From: Vicinamibacteria bacterium
Lineage (GTDB): Bacteria > Acidobacteriota > Vicinamibacteria > Marinacidobacterales > Marinacidobacteraceae
Assembly (NCBI GenBank): GCA_963555995.3
Contig: OY821641.1
Span: forward strand, 1-64,000
Reading direction: 5' to 3'
Length of the DNA stretch: 64,000 bases
A program made the translations under genes and the position numbers. This document shows positions 1-9,520 of this stretch, piece by piece. The notes below the pieces were generated by a model. The model worked only from the letters and a program-made list of their open reading frames with translations, searched no databases and was not told where the DNA came from. Within the stretch, counting starts at the first letter, position 1, and each line of letters starts with the position of its first letter.

Positions 1-259
1 AGTCCCGCTCGACCGCCCGCCGGATCGCGTGGAGGGAGCCCACGCCGGGGTTCCCGAGCCAGCCGAAGATGAGCCTGCGCGCGACGCCCGCCGCCACCAT
101 CTGGTCCATCAGCAGGTCCGGGGTCAGCCGGACGAGGGTGAGGTCGCGGCGCCGCTGGCGGATGATCTCGTGGCCGGCCGCGAAGGGGATCAGGTGGGTG
201 AACCCCTCCAGCACGACGGTGTCCCCGTCGCGGACGAAGCGGGAGACCGCCTCGCGCAT
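1..259 (-). CDS. CoA-transferase subunit A (3-oxoadipate/glutaconate CoA-transferase type), partial; runs off the window start
   Basis: Manual minus-strand translation MREAVSRFVRDGDTVVLEGFTHLIPFAAGHEIIRQRRRDLTLVRLTPDLLMDQMVAAGVARRLIFGWLGNPGVGSLH, typical of CatI/GctA-like N-termini. The start may lie a few codons upstream. Confidence 0.8.
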   Translation of the reverse strand, partial: MREAVSRFVRDGDTVVLEGFTHLIPFAAGHEIIRQRRRDLTLVRLTPDLLMDQMVAAGVARRLIFGWLGNPGVGSLHAIRRAVERD

Positions 260-313
260 GGTCAGGACCTTGGATTCGGACAGGGTGGGGACTTCCGGCA
301 ACGGATTATCGTC

Positions 314-336
314 GGAGCGCCGGCCTCTGGCCGGCA
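314..336 (+). repeat. REP-like palindromic arm (CCTCTGG-loop variant)
   Basis: GGAGCGCCGGCCTCTGGCCGGCA, identical to the copy at 28678-28700. Confidence 0.8.
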
Positions 337-646
337 TCGCCCCCGTCGAGCGGTCCCCGGATGGGGCCGCGATCACGAACCGGGCTGCCCCGTCGGGTCC
401 GATTGCCTTTTGGGCCCCATCCGGAGACCGCCCGGCGCTTCGCGCCGCTCCGCTGTAATGCGCATCCTGAGTTGCTGATTTATCGGACGGAGATAGATGA
501 TCCCCCGAATCGGGTTATCACGTCTGGCATCACAGCCGTGGCGGAGCGACAGCCCCGAGTCAAGTGGGGCAGTTACAGGACCGCTGGTAACCGTTCGGTC
601 GTGGGGGTATCGAGCCGACGCCAGCGTCCCCGTAGCGGACGCTTCC

Positions 647-1084
647 TCAGTCGTTGTTTCGGCGAGGACGGAGCAATTCGCGACGTTCGGCCCGCTGTTC
701 TTCCTGAATCTTCCGGAACTCCTCAAGCTGGTCTTGGGAGAGCACCGCCGCGAGTTTCCCCTCGGTCTTCTTGGTGTTGTCCTCAATGTCGGAGCGGAGG
801 GCGCGGAGTTTGAGGAGGCCGAGCCGCCGGCGGTCGCGGCCAGCGATGCGGGCTTCGAGGTCAATCCCATGCTCTTGGAGGATTTCGAGCTGGGCGCGGA
901 AGTGCTCCTCGAAGATCGGGGTGACCAGTTCCCGTTGCTCATCGGTGAGCGCGAGGCGACGCTCGGCCTCCTCGAGGCGGCTCTCGAGGGCGGCGATTGG
1001 ATCTTCCCGGGAAGTGCCCTCCTGGGGGAATGCGTTGGACGCGGTCGCCAGCACGGCGACGACCAGCAGAACCTGTTGGGTCAT
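647..1084 (-). CDS. Secreted helical protein, Spy/CpxP-like (LTxxQ motifs)
   Basis: Signal peptide MTQQVLLVVAVLATASNA; motifs LALTDEQR and VLSQDQLEEF; GGAGG RBS upstream of ATG 1084. Confidence 0.55.
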   Translation of the reverse strand: MTQQVLLVVAVLATASNAFPQEGTSREDPIAALESRLEEAERRLALTDEQRELVTPIFEEHFRAQLEILQEHGIDLEARIAGRDRRRLGLLKLRALRSDIEDNTKKTEGKLAAVLSQDQLEEFRKIQEEQRAERRELLRPRRNND

Positions 1085-1178
1085 GTTATCCCTCCAGGGA
1101 AGAAGGGAACGGCGCGGGTCATTCTGACCGCGTCCTTCCTGACGTGCGGGCGTGCCGCGAGGGCACTCGGGATCGGCT

Positions 1179-2147
1179 TCACGGGCGAGAGTCGCCAGCA
1201 CCGTCCGGGAGTTCCTTCTTCACGTGATCGCGTTCGCGGGCAAAGTCCCCGCGCCACCACTGCCTGAGAGGGCCGACGAGCAGCTTGACGGGACTGTAGC
1301 CGTAGTGGCCGGTGGTGACTCCGTAGCGGATGGGGCCGATCTCCCGCTGAAAGGTGCCGAACGCCCGGTCCCAGAAGATCAGCACCCCGGCGTAGTTCTT
1401 GTCGATGCACCACTCGTTGCTGCCGTGATGGACCCGGTGAAGGCTCGGGGTGTTCAGCCCGCTGTGTTCGACGAACCCGAGCTTCCGGATCGCTTCGGTG
1501 TGGATGAAGAACTGGTACACCAGCGACAACGCCAGGGCCGCCAGGAGATACTCGGGCTTGAACCCGGCGAGCACCATCGGGACATAGGCCAGCGGCGACA
1601 CGATGCGCCCCAGGATGTGCAGCCGGAAGGCGATGGACAGGTTCAGCGTCTGCGCCGAGTGGTGGATGTGATGGACGGCCCAGAGCAGCGGGATCTCGTG
1701 GCTCAGCCGGTGGTACCAGTAGTAGGCCCCCTCGGCGAGCACGAAGGTGGCAAGGAAGGGGATGAGTCCGTCGTCGAGTTGCAGGAAGGACCACGATTCG
1801 GCCACCTTGAGGATGCCGAACTGCCAGAGCAGGGTCAGCGGCCCCAGCAGCCCGTTGAAGATGTAGACGCAGAAGGAAGCGGCCGAGTCCTTCCAGTCAT
1901 ATGAACTCGTCCGGCGCTGGATCTTCAGAACGATCCACTCGATCAGGATGAAGAGCGTGACGACGACGGGGCCGCCGAACTTCAGCCGGTCGATGTACCC
2001 GCCGGTGCCGAGCTCCAGCGATTCGAGCCAAGGACCGGCGTTCCGCGGCCCTTGGAATCCCCCGAGCGCCAACAACCCGGCGACCGCCAAGCAGACCAGG
2101 TAGAAGAATCCGAGCTGACGTGCGGTTGAGCGGCTCTCGCTAGTCAT
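1179..2147 (-). CDS. Sterol desaturase / fatty acid hydroxylase family membrane protein (alkylglycerol monooxygenase-like)
   Basis: His boxes YYWYHRLSH, HHIHH, FFIHTE, HRVHH; NYAGVLIFWDRAFGTF; several TM segments. Confidence 0.9.
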   Translation of the reverse strand: MTSESRSTARQLGFFYLVCLAVAGLLALGGFQGPRNAGPWLESLELGTGGYIDRLKFGGPVVVTLFILIEWIVLKIQRRTSSYDWKDSAASFCVYIFNGLLGPLTLLWQFGILKVAESWSFLQLDDGLIPFLATFVLAEGAYYWYHRLSHEIPLLWAVHHIHHSAQTLNLSIAFRLHILGRIVSPLAYVPMVLAGFKPEYLLAALALSLVYQFFIHTEAIRKLGFVEHSGLNTPSLHRVHHGSNEWCIDKNYAGVLIFWDRAFGTFQREIGPIRYGVTTGHYGYSPVKLLVGPLRQWWRGDFARERDHVKKELPDGAGDSRP

Positions 2148-2153
2148 CCACGT

Positions 2154-2629
2154 TCACAGCCGCCAGGCCCCGGTGAGCGCTTGCCGCACCTCGGCCCGCC
2201 AGGTGGCCTCGTCGGGGCGGGCCTCCCGGCCGCGGACCGCGAGTTCCCTTGCCCCCGCCGGCGCTTCCTCGAGCGACAGGTGCGGCAGGCGCTGGTCGGG
2301 CCGGCGCTGCCGGCTCCGCACCAGGTTCGCGGCGATCCGGAACAGCCAGGATTCGAACTTGCCGGACTCCTGGTAGCGCTCCGCGGCGCGGTAGACCCGG
2401 ACGAAGGTCTCCTGGGCGAGATCGGCGGCGGCGGCCGGGTCCTCGACGAGGTTCAGGAAGTACCCGAAGAGCCGCCGCTCGTAGCGCCGGACCAGCGGCT
2501 CGAAGGCGTCGAGGTCGCCCGCCTGGACCCGCGCCATCAGCGCGGCGTCGGAATCGAGCACCGCCGCCCGGGGCCGGAGGGGGCGAAGGGGATTGTCGGA
2601 CTGGCGGGATTCAACGTCGCGTGAGCCAT
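2154..2629 (-). pseudogene. Truncated ECF sigma-70 factor (region 2 only)
   Basis: SDAALMARVQAGDLDAFEPLVRRYERRLF...DLAQETFVRVY...FESWLFRIAANL is sigma region 2. The frame stops at RQALTGAWRL* where region 4 should begin. The likely ATG (2629) is out of frame with the body. Confidence 0.75.
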
Positions 2630-2752
2630 GCGCTTCGAGAGGACAAAACGCACGGACGCCCGATCCGTTCCCGGGGCGGGGTCGATCCGGCCGGAGAAAG
2701 GAGCTCGTGTGCTGGCGCACACGTCGGCGAGTTCCGATTTGTCGTTTCCTTT

Positions 2753-2789
2753 TGTGAACGGGGGTAACCCCGGGGTAACCCCTTTCACA
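2753..2789. promoter_or_regulatory. Quasi-palindromic operator-like site upstream of the ECF sigma remnant
   Basis: TGTGAA-cg-GGGGTAACCCC-GGGGTAACCCC-t-TTCACA. Confidence 0.45.
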
Positions 2790-2867
2790 CTTTCCCCCGA
2801 AAACGTCGGCAGCGAACCTCAGGTTCGCTGCCATTTTGTTTTTCGCTCGTTCAGACAGAACAGCGGC

Positions 2868-2930
2868 TGGCGCCGCCGGCTCGGAGCGCCGGCCTCCGGC
2901 CGGCATCGCCGACCAAAGGGAGGCGAAACC
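2868..2930 (+). repeat. REP-like arm with conserved flanks
   Basis: GGAGCGCCGGCCTCCGGCCGGCATCGCCGACCAAAGGGAGGCGAAAC, nearly identical to 28678-28724. Confidence 0.8.
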
Positions 2931-2946
2931 TGCCCAGTGGCTCGGG

Positions 2947-3954
2947 CTACCCGTGCCGCTCCAGCCACGCCTTGAGCCTTCGCGCCTCTTCGCCGGCCGC
3001 CGGATCGCGTTCCGTCTGCCAGAGCCGGGTCTGCACCACGAAGCGGTCCATGTCGTCCGGCGGCGTTTCCTGTTCGAGGATGCGGCGTACCTGACTCCGG
3101 AAGAAGCTGCCCCAATGCGGCTGCCGGCCGTCGACGTCCGTGAAGCCGTACTCCCTGGCCAGGCCCCAGCTCGAGAAGAGCCCGCCGCTCTTCTCGCCGA
3201 CGTTCGGATCGGCGGCAAGGGCTGCCACCGCGCGCCCGACGAAACACGGCGTTTCGGATTCGGCGAAATAGGGATCCTTCCCGACGGCGTTCCGCCAGTT
3301 CTCTTCGGTCACCCCGAAGTGGTCGAGCACAGCTTCCGAACGAAGAAACCCGGGAGTCAGGGCGAGCGCGGTCACCCGATGGGCGTGCAGGTCGGCCGCC
3401 ATCGCGTAGGCGAGCCGGATGACCGCGTTCTTCGCGAGGTCGTAGAAGAGATTGCCGCGGTACCCCAGGGTGTCGCCGTCGGTCACTTCGACGATCAGCC
3501 CGGAGCCGTGTTCCACCATGAGCGGCGCCCCGTGGCGGCTCGTGATGATGTGGGTGTGGACGGCGCGTTCCACGAGGATCTGCCCCTTCGAGATCGAGAG
3601 CGTCCAGAAGGGCGATCCCCACTCCGTGAGCGCATCCCCGCCCCAGATGTCGTTCACCAGGATGTCGAGGTGGCCGGCATCCGAGCGGACGCGCGCGAAG
3701 AGCGCCTCAACCTGTTCCTCGACGGTGTGGTCCGCCTGGACGGCGATCCCGCGCCCTCCCTCCGCGGTAACGAGTTCCGCGGTCTCCTCGAGCGTCTCCG
3801 TTCGTCCGGGGGTCGCAGGCCGTCCCCGGACGCTGCGGCCGGTGCAGTACACCGTGGCCCCCGCGGCCCCCAGCATGCGCGCGATCCCCCGGCCGGCGCC
3901 GCGGGTCGCGCCGGCCACGACGGTTACCTGGTCGCGGAGCGGTTTGTCGGGCAT
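2947..3954 (-). CDS. SDR family oxidoreductase (DHRS1-like)
   Basis: VVAGATRGAGRGIA Rossmann motif; YDLAK catalytic YxxxK; ESETPCFVGRAVAAL. Confidence 0.9.
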   Translation of the reverse strand: MPDKPLRDQVTVVAGATRGAGRGIARMLGAAGATVYCTGRSVRGRPATPGRTETLEETAELVTAEGGRGIAVQADHTVEEQVEALFARVRSDAGHLDILVNDIWGGDALTEWGSPFWTLSISKGQILVERAVHTHIITSRHGAPLMVEHGSGLIVEVTDGDTLGYRGNLFYDLAKNAVIRLAYAMAADLHAHRVTALALTPGFLRSEAVLDHFGVTEENWRNAVGKDPYFAESETPCFVGRAVAALAADPNVGEKSGGLFSSWGLAREYGFTDVDGRQPHWGSFFRSQVRRILEQETPPDDMDRFVVQTRLWQTERDPAAGEEARRLKAWLERHG

Positions 3955-3966
3955 GCGGCGGACGAT

Positions 3967-5280
3967 TCAGGCGAAGGTGGAGAGCAGGCGGTGGCCGATC
4001 TCGGCGAGGTCGTCACGGCGGATTGTGAGCGGGGGAGCGAGCACCACCAGGTCCCCCTGTCCCTCGGGTCCGCCGACGGGGTAGACGAGCAGGCCGCGGT
4101 CCCAGGCCGCGGCCGCCAATTGGCGGGCCGGGATTCCCCCCGCGCTCTCCGGAAGCAAGGCGATCCCGGCGAGCAGCCCGCGGACCCACCATCCCTCGAC
4201 GGCCGGCCTGTCTCCGAGGGGTTCGAGAGCGGTGCGGAACGCATCCTCCAGGGACGCCGCGCGCTCGACCAGACCGTCGTCGCGGATCACCCGCAGGACC
4301 TCCCGGACGACCGCGGCGACCACCGGATGGTGCGAGAACGTGAACCCGTGACGGAAGTCCGGAGCTACCGCCTCGACCACCTCCGGTTTCGCGACGACCG
4401 CCCCTCCGGGGAGGAAGCCGGACGTCAGGCCCTTGCCGAGGACGAGGATGTCCGCGTCCACGCCGGCGTGCTCGGAAGCCAGGAAACGCCCGGTCCTGCC
4501 GCACCCGCTGAGCACCTCGTCCGCGATGAGGAGGACGCCCGTTTCGGCGGTCGTGCGGCGGACCGATCGCAGGTAGTCCTCCGGCGGTGCGAATCCTCCC
4601 CCCGAGGCGCCGAGCACCGGCTCGACCAGTACCGCCGCGGCGCTTCCCTCCGCGTTCTCGACCGCCCGGTCCACTTCGGCTGCGCAGGCGACCTCGCATT
4701 CGGGATAGCGCAGGCCGAGCGGGCAGCGCGGACACCACGGTGCGGCGACAAGCGGCATGTCCGCGAGCAACGGGAGGTAGGGGGCCCGGAGCGAATCCCG
4801 TCCGGAAACCGCGAGCGCCCCCAGGGTGTTGCCGTGGTAGCCGGGCCACTGGGAGATGATCCGGTGGCGCTCGGGATGGCCGCCGGCCAGCGCGTGGGCG
4901 CGCGCCAGCTTGATCGCGGTCTCGACGGCCTCCGCGCCGCCCGGCGTCAGGTAGACCTTGGCGTTTTGGTAGGCCGGGGGCAGCGAATCGACGAGCAGCG
5001 CGGCCGCTTCCTCGATGGCCGCGGTGGTGAACTGCGCGCCGTGCACGTACGCCACGTCGGCGAGCTGGCCCGCGGCGGCTTGGACAACCTCCGGCCGTCC
5101 GTGTCCCACGCTGATCGTGAGCGCGCCGCCGCAGGCATCCAGCCAGCGGTTGCCGTCGTCGGCCTCGATCCAGGCGCCGGCCGCGCGTTTCGCGACTCGA
5201 TAGGTGCGCTCGAGATCCCGGTAGAAGACGGAACTGTCCGGATACCGGAGGGTGGGGGCTTCTTTGGGGGACGCGGTCAT
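3967..5280 (-). CDS. Class III PLP-dependent aminotransferase
   Basis: GAEAVETAIKLAR, YHGNT, LLIADEVLSGCGRTG, PLP lysine in GKGLTSG. Confidence 0.93.
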   Translation of the reverse strand: MTASPKEAPTLRYPDSSVFYRDLERTYRVAKRAAGAWIEADDGNRWLDACGGALTISVGHGRPEVVQAAAGQLADVAYVHGAQFTTAAIEEAAALLVDSLPPAYQNAKVYLTPGGAEAVETAIKLARAHALAGGHPERHRIISQWPGYHGNTLGALAVSGRDSLRAPYLPLLADMPLVAAPWCPRCPLGLRYPECEVACAAEVDRAVENAEGSAAAVLVEPVLGASGGGFAPPEDYLRSVRRTTAETGVLLIADEVLSGCGRTGRFLASEHAGVDADILVLGKGLTSGFLPGGAVVAKPEVVEAVAPDFRHGFTFSHHPVVAAVVREVLRVIRDDGLVERAASLEDAFRTALEPLGDRPAVEGWWVRGLLAGIALLPESAGGIPARQLAAAAWDRGLLVYPVGGPEGQGDLVVLAPPLTIRRDDLAEIGHRLLSTFA

Positions 5281-5933
5281 GTCGCGGCGCCCGCTTCCAG
5301 CAGGAAGCCGGGGAGGTCCCCGATGGCTGGCAGCAACACGTCCGGGGTCGCCGACCGGAGCATCGCCTCGTGACTGAAGTTGCTCACGATGGCGGCGGTC
5401 AGCGTGCCCGCGCTCTTTCCCATCGCGACGTCTTCCGGCCGGTCCCCAACATAGAGCGCGTTCCGCGGATCCACCCCGAGCCGGGAAAGGGCGAGGAGAA
5501 GTCCCTCGGGATGGGGCTTCTTGCGCCGCGTGTCCTCGAAAGCCACGAGAACTCCGAAGCGATCCGCCAGCCCCAACCGGTCGAGGTCCGCGTGAAACCG
5601 CTGCCGGTCGGCGCTCGTGACCACCCCCAGCCGTAGCCCCTCGCCCGCGAGGTCGTCCAGGGTCTCCGGGACGTGCGGCAAGAGATCCACCAGGTGGCTG
5701 CGCTCGAGATACCTGGCGCTCCAGATGGCGCCGGCTTCGTCCCAGCGGCCCTCGGGAATCCCGAGCTGCCGGTAGGTCTCGTGCCAGTCGGGCCGGTAGG
5801 TGGCCTGGTAGCGGGCTTCGTCCATCCGGATGCCGAAGTGCTCGAAAACCGAAAGCGAGGCGTAGCGGGTGGTGGCGAAGCTGTCCGCGAGGGTGCCGTC
5901 CCAGTCGAAGAGGACGGCGGAAACGGTGGGCAT
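5277..5933 (-). CDS. HAD-family hydrolase (phosphoglycolate phosphatase-like)
   Basis: LFDWDGTLADS motif I; KKPHP; YVGDRPED motif IV; 4-nt overlap with the aminotransferase. Confidence 0.9.
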   Translation of the reverse strand: MPTVSAVLFDWDGTLADSFATTRYASLSVFEHFGIRMDEARYQATYRPDWHETYRQLGIPEGRWDEAGAIWSARYLERSHLVDLLPHVPETLDDLAGEGLRLGVVTSADRQRFHADLDRLGLADRFGVLVAFEDTRRKKPHPEGLLLALSRLGVDPRNALYVGDRPEDVAMGKSAGTLTAAIVSNFSHEAMLRSATPDVLLPAIGDLPGFLLEAGAAT

Positions 5934-6010
5934 AAGGCGCGGGAGCGGGGCGAGCCTACCCCAGGAATGCGCGGTTCCGCGTCCCGTCGCGACGGGTAGA
6001 ATCCGCGCCG

Positions 6011-6541
6011 ATGCTGACGTGCCGCACCTCCTTCCTGGAGACCGGGATGCCGGCAATCGGCCGCTTGGAACTGCTGAGTACCGAGCAAGGTCTCGCGGCC
6101 ATCCTGTTTTGCGGCGAACGCCGTTCCCGCGCTTCCGCGGCCTGGCGCCGGCGGAACGTCGGGTCCTCGGTCCGGGCAACCCCCGGGGAGCATGACCCGT
6201 ACGCACGCGAGATTCGCGAGTACCTCGCCGGCGGCCGCCGCGAGTTCACGTTCCCGCTCCACCGGACCGGCACCCCCTTCCAGTGCGCCGTCCTCGACGC
6301 GGTGGCGAGGGTGCCGTACGGCGCCCGCGCCAGCTACCAGGACATCGCCCGCGCGGTCGGGAACCCCGCGGCCTGCCGGGCGGTCGGCGCGGCGAACGGC
6401 GCGAACCCCCTGCCGCTCGTCATCCCCTGCCACCGGATCGTGGGCGCGTCCAACAAGCTGACCGGCTACGGCGGCGGCCTCGACGCCAAGCACTGGCTGC
6501 TCTCCCTCGAATCCCCGGCCCGGCTCGCCCTGGCATCCTGA
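6011..6541 (+). CDS. ogt: Methylated-DNA--protein-cysteine S-methyltransferase
   Basis: GTPFQ, RAVGAANGANP, active-site IPCHRIV, LTGYGGGLDAKHWLL. Confidence 0.95.
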   Translation: MLTCRTSFLETGMPAIGRLELLSTEQGLAAILFCGERRSRASAAWRRRNVGSSVRATPGEHDPYAREIREYLAGGRREFTFPLHRTGTPFQCAVLDAVARVPYGARASYQDIARAVGNPAACRAVGAANGANPLPLVIPCHRIVGASNKLTGYGGGLDAKHWLLSLESPARLALAS

Positions 6542-6571
6542 GCGGGTCCGCCCTTCTCTCCCCGGACTGAC

Positions 6572-7240
6572 ATGACTTCTCTTCCAATCCCTCGCGCTCC
6601 GGCGGACCGCCCGTACCGCTGGGCGGCCCTGTGGCTCGCCCTCTGGCTCCCCGCCTGCGGCGGCGGCGGCGAAACGACCCCTATGGAAACCACCACGCCT
6701 CCCACCGAACCCGCAGCCGATCTGCCCACGCCCGGCCCGTCCGCGGTCCTGATGCGCACGAGCCTCGGCGACCTCAGCATCGAGCTGTACCCGAACGAAG
6801 CGCCGCGGACCGTCGAGAACTTCCTCCAGTACGTGGAAGACGGCTTCTACGACGGCACCATCTTCCACCGGGTGGTGCGCGGGTTCGTGATTCAGGGCGG
6901 CGGCTTCACCGCCGACATGATGGAGAAAGAGACCCGCGAGCCCATCGAGAACGAGGCCGCCAACGGTCTCAGGAACCTGAGGGGCACCCTCTCGATGGCG
7001 CGGACCAACGATCCGCACAGCGCGACCTCGCAGTTCTTCGTGAACACCCAGGACAACGCCATGCTCGATCACACGTCGCCCACGCCGCCGGGATGGGGCT
7101 ACGCCGTGTTCGGCAAGGTGTTCTCGGGAATGGACGTCGTGGACCAGATCGAGGCCTCCCCCGTGGTGAGCCGCGCCGGGCACAACGACGTTCCGAACAC
7201 GCCGATCGTCATCGAGTCGGCGACCGTCGTCGCACGTTAG
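6572..7240 (+). CDS. ppiA: Cyclophilin-type peptidyl-prolyl cis-trans isomerase, lipoprotein
   Basis: FYDGTIFHRVVRGFVIQGGG, MARTNDPHSATSQFFVN, GYAVFGKV; lipobox LPAC. Confidence 0.93.
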   Translation: MTSLPIPRAPADRPYRWAALWLALWLPACGGGGETTPMETTTPPTEPAADLPTPGPSAVLMRTSLGDLSIELYPNEAPRTVENFLQYVEDGFYDGTIFHRVVRGFVIQGGGFTADMMEKETREPIENEAANGLRNLRGTLSMARTNDPHSATSQFFVNTQDNAMLDHTSPTPPGWGYAVFGKVFSGMDVVDQIEASPVVSRAGHNDVPNTPIVIESATVVAR

Positions 7241-7249
7241 GCCGGTTCT

Positions 7250-7978
7250 TCAGACGGGTCCGCAGACCGCGATCAGGACTTCCGGCCAGCCGCTGGCGCC
7301 CGCGAGCGGGTAGGGGGCATGCCGCGCCTCGCCCTCGCCGGGAAGGCGGAGGATGTTGCGTACCTGGTGCAGCCGGCGCGCGAGGACGGGAGAGAGCGAC
7401 GCGAGCGTCGAGAGCCGCCGCTTGTGCCCCTCGGAAGCCGGCGTCTGGCCGTACCACGCGAAGCGGTCGAATCCGACGCGCAGCAGAGTCTCGAACTCGG
7501 CGCGGGCGTACTCGCGGACGTGGAACGGATTGTCGGGCCGGTCTACGAGCGTCCGGCCCGGGCTGATCAATTCCCGTTCCGGCGTCGAGCAGAGGAAGAT
7601 CCCGCCGGGAGCGAGAACGCGCCGCGCCTCCCGAACCACGGCGCGGTCGTCCTCCACGTGCTCGATCGTTTCGAAGGAGGCGTAGAGATCGAAACTCGCG
7701 TCCCGGAAGGGGAGGCGCGAAGCGTCCGCGAGGACCCCGCGGAGCGCGCCGGCGCCGGACGCGGGCAGCTCCGCCTCCCGGAACGCCTCCGGGGAGAGGT
7801 CGGCGGAAACCACCCAGCGAGCGTCTCCGGCACCGAGGATTCCCGATCCGTATCCGGCGCCGGACGCCAGGTCGAGCACCCGCTTCCCCGCGGCGTAGCC
7901 GGCCGCCCAGCGGTAGCGGGCCACATGCTGGTTCCGGAGCCAGGGCGAGGCGAAACGGTGCAGCGCGAGTCGTTCCAT
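7250..7978 (-). CDS. Class I SAM-dependent methyltransferase
   Basis: HVARYRWA, VLDLASGAGYG, FETIEHV, NPFHVREY; start codon uncertain. Confidence 0.85.
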   Translation of the reverse strand: MERLALHRFASPWLRNQHVARYRWAAGYAAGKRVLDLASGAGYGSGILGAGDARWVVSADLSPEAFREAELPASGAGALRGVLADASRLPFRDASFDLYASFETIEHVEDDRAVVREARRVLAPGGIFLCSTPERELISPGRTLVDRPDNPFHVREYARAEFETLLRVGFDRFAWYGQTPASEGHKRRLSTLASLSPVLARRLHQVRNILRLPGEGEARHAPYPLAGASGWPEVLIAVCGPV

Positions 7979-8066
7979 GGGACTTCCTGTTCTATCTTCG
8001 CCCAAGGAGCCCGTGGTGAAACCCCCGCGGTACCGTTGCTGTGAAGAACCAGTCTCGCCGGTCCCC

Positions 8067-8089
8067 GGAGCGCCAGCCTCCGGCTGGCA
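8067..8089 (+). repeat. REP-like arm with compensatory stem change
   Basis: GGAGCGCCAGCCTCCGGCTGGCA: an A-T pair replaces the G-C pair of other copies. Confidence 0.7.
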
Positions 8090-8147
8090 GTCCGTTGCCG
8101 TGAAAAGCCGTTTTCGGCGAAACGTCGACCAGCGCAAGCTGCGCCGC

Positions 8148-8320
8148 CGGCCGGGAGCGCCGGTCTTCAGACCGGCACGCGCTGCGCCACAGCGCAGCGC
8201 ACGGCGCGACGCCGACCTGCGTGGTGGCGTTCTGCTTTCGGTTCATCAGCGCGAACTGCGACACGACATCCGCGAACCTTCGGCCCGCGGTGCCGGTCTG
8301 AAGACCGGCGCTCCCGGCCG
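8148..8320. mobile_element. REPIN/MITE-like element with a perfect 31-bp terminal inverted repeat
   Basis: CGGCCGGGAGCGCCGGTCTTCAGACCGGCAC (8148-8178) and its reverse complement (8290-8320); interior homologous to 28423-28585, 35645-35810 and 53999-54162. Confidence 0.85.
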
Positions 8321-8346
8321 TTCCTCATGAACTTCCCCGAGGCGAA

Positions 8347-9087
8347 ATGAACGACCACGACTCCGGGGTGAGCGCCTGTTTCCCCGCCTTCAACGACGCG
8401 GGCTCCATCGCCTGGGTGGCTCACCGGACGCGGGAGGCGCTCGCGAGCACGGGACGGGACTTCGAGATCCTGATTCTGGATGACGGGAGCGTGGATCGGA
8501 CCGCCGACGCCCTCCGGCGCCTCGCTGCCGAGATTCCGGAGCTGAGGACGCTCCGGCACGAGCGGAACCGGGGCTACGGCGCCACCCTCCGGAACCTCTT
8601 CGCTGCCGCCCGCTACCCGCTTGTCGTCTATACCGATGGGGACGGCCAGTTCGACCCCAGGGAGCTCACCCGCCTGCTGGACGCCGCCACCCCGGAGGTC
8701 CAACTGGTCAACGGCTTCCGCCGGAAACGGGCCGACGGGCCGCTGCGGCGGCTGCTCGGCCCGCGCTTCCATCGGGTGATTGCGGAGACGTTCGGGCTTC
8801 CGGCGCTCCGGGACTGGGATTGCGACTTCCGGCTCTTCCGGCGCGACCTGCGGATCGAGGCCTCGATGACCTTCGACGACGGAACCGCCGTGGTGGAGTT
8901 CCTCGCCGCGCTCGGAGACCGGGACGTCCGCTTCGCCGAGGTGGAAGTCAGCCACCACGAGCGCCGCGCGGGCGAGAGCCAGTACTTCCGACCCCACTCC
9001 GTCATCTCCGGCCACCGCAACCTGCTCCGCCTCTGGCGGCAGCGGGGCTCCCCGAGGATCGGCTGGCGCGCGTGGGGTGCCCCATGA
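8347..9087 (+). CDS. Glycosyltransferase family 2 (DPM1-like)
   Basis: CFPAFND, ILDDGSVDRT, RNRGYG, YTDGDGQFDP, DWDCDFRLFR. Confidence 0.9.
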   Translation: MNDHDSGVSACFPAFNDAGSIAWVAHRTREALASTGRDFEILILDDGSVDRTADALRRLAAEIPELRTLRHERNRGYGATLRNLFAAARYPLVVYTDGDGQFDPRELTRLLDAATPEVQLVNGFRRKRADGPLRRLLGPRFHRVIAETFGLPALRDWDCDFRLFRRDLRIEASMTFDDGTAVVEFLAALGDRDVRFAEVEVSHHERRAGESQYFRPHSVISGHRNLLRLWRQRGSPRIGWRAWGAP

Positions 9088-9160
9088 TGCCTCGGCCCCT
9101 CGCCAGAGCGTCGGCCCATCGCGGTCCCGCCGCCGCGACTGCCACCGACATTTCCCCGCG

Positions 9161-9203
9161 TTGCGCTGCGACTCGTCAGGTGGTACAAATTATGGAAATT
9201 CCA
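9161..9203 (+). promoter_or_regulatory. Putative sigma70 promoter and operator of the AbrB-PIN TA operon
   Basis: TTGCGC-N17-TACAAA followed by the palindrome TGGAA-A-TTCCA (9193-9203). Confidence 0.45.
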
Positions 9204-9226
9204 ACTCCGCCTGTACGAGGATCCTC

Positions 9227-9520
9227 ATGCCACTGGTCACCGTGAAACCGAAGTTCCAGGTAACGATCCCGGCGAAGCTTCGCCGAGGTCTCAAGCTTCA
9301 CGAGGGCGACATCATGGAGGCGACCGTCCTTGCGGACGGGATCTTCCTCCGGCCCAAGGACGTGGTGGACCGCACCGCGGCCGCCGACCGGATCGCCACG
9401 CTGCTGGGGCGGATCGAGCCCGCCCCGGAAGACGCGGGGCGCAGCGAGGACGAGGTCATGGCAGATGCCATCGCTGACATTGCAGCCGCTCGCCGGGAAC
9501 GGCGCAGCGGCGGAGCATGA
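9227..9520 (+). CDS. AbrB/MazE/SpoVT-family antitoxin
   Basis: VTVKPKFQVTIPAKLRRGLKLHEGD AbrB signature; GAGGA RBS; ATGA overlap with the PIN gene. Confidence 0.88.
   Translation: MPLVTVKPKFQVTIPAKLRRGLKLHEGDIMEATVLADGIFLRPKDVVDRTAAADRIATLLGRIEPAPEDAGRSEDEVMADAIADIAAARRERRSGGA

Noticed and set aside
2836-5373. 845-aa ORF and other long opposite-strand ORFs (e.g. 46677-49526, 32477-35044, 15960-18026)
   Set aside because: Stop-poor shadow frames expected at high GC, antisense to well-supported genes, with no motifs.
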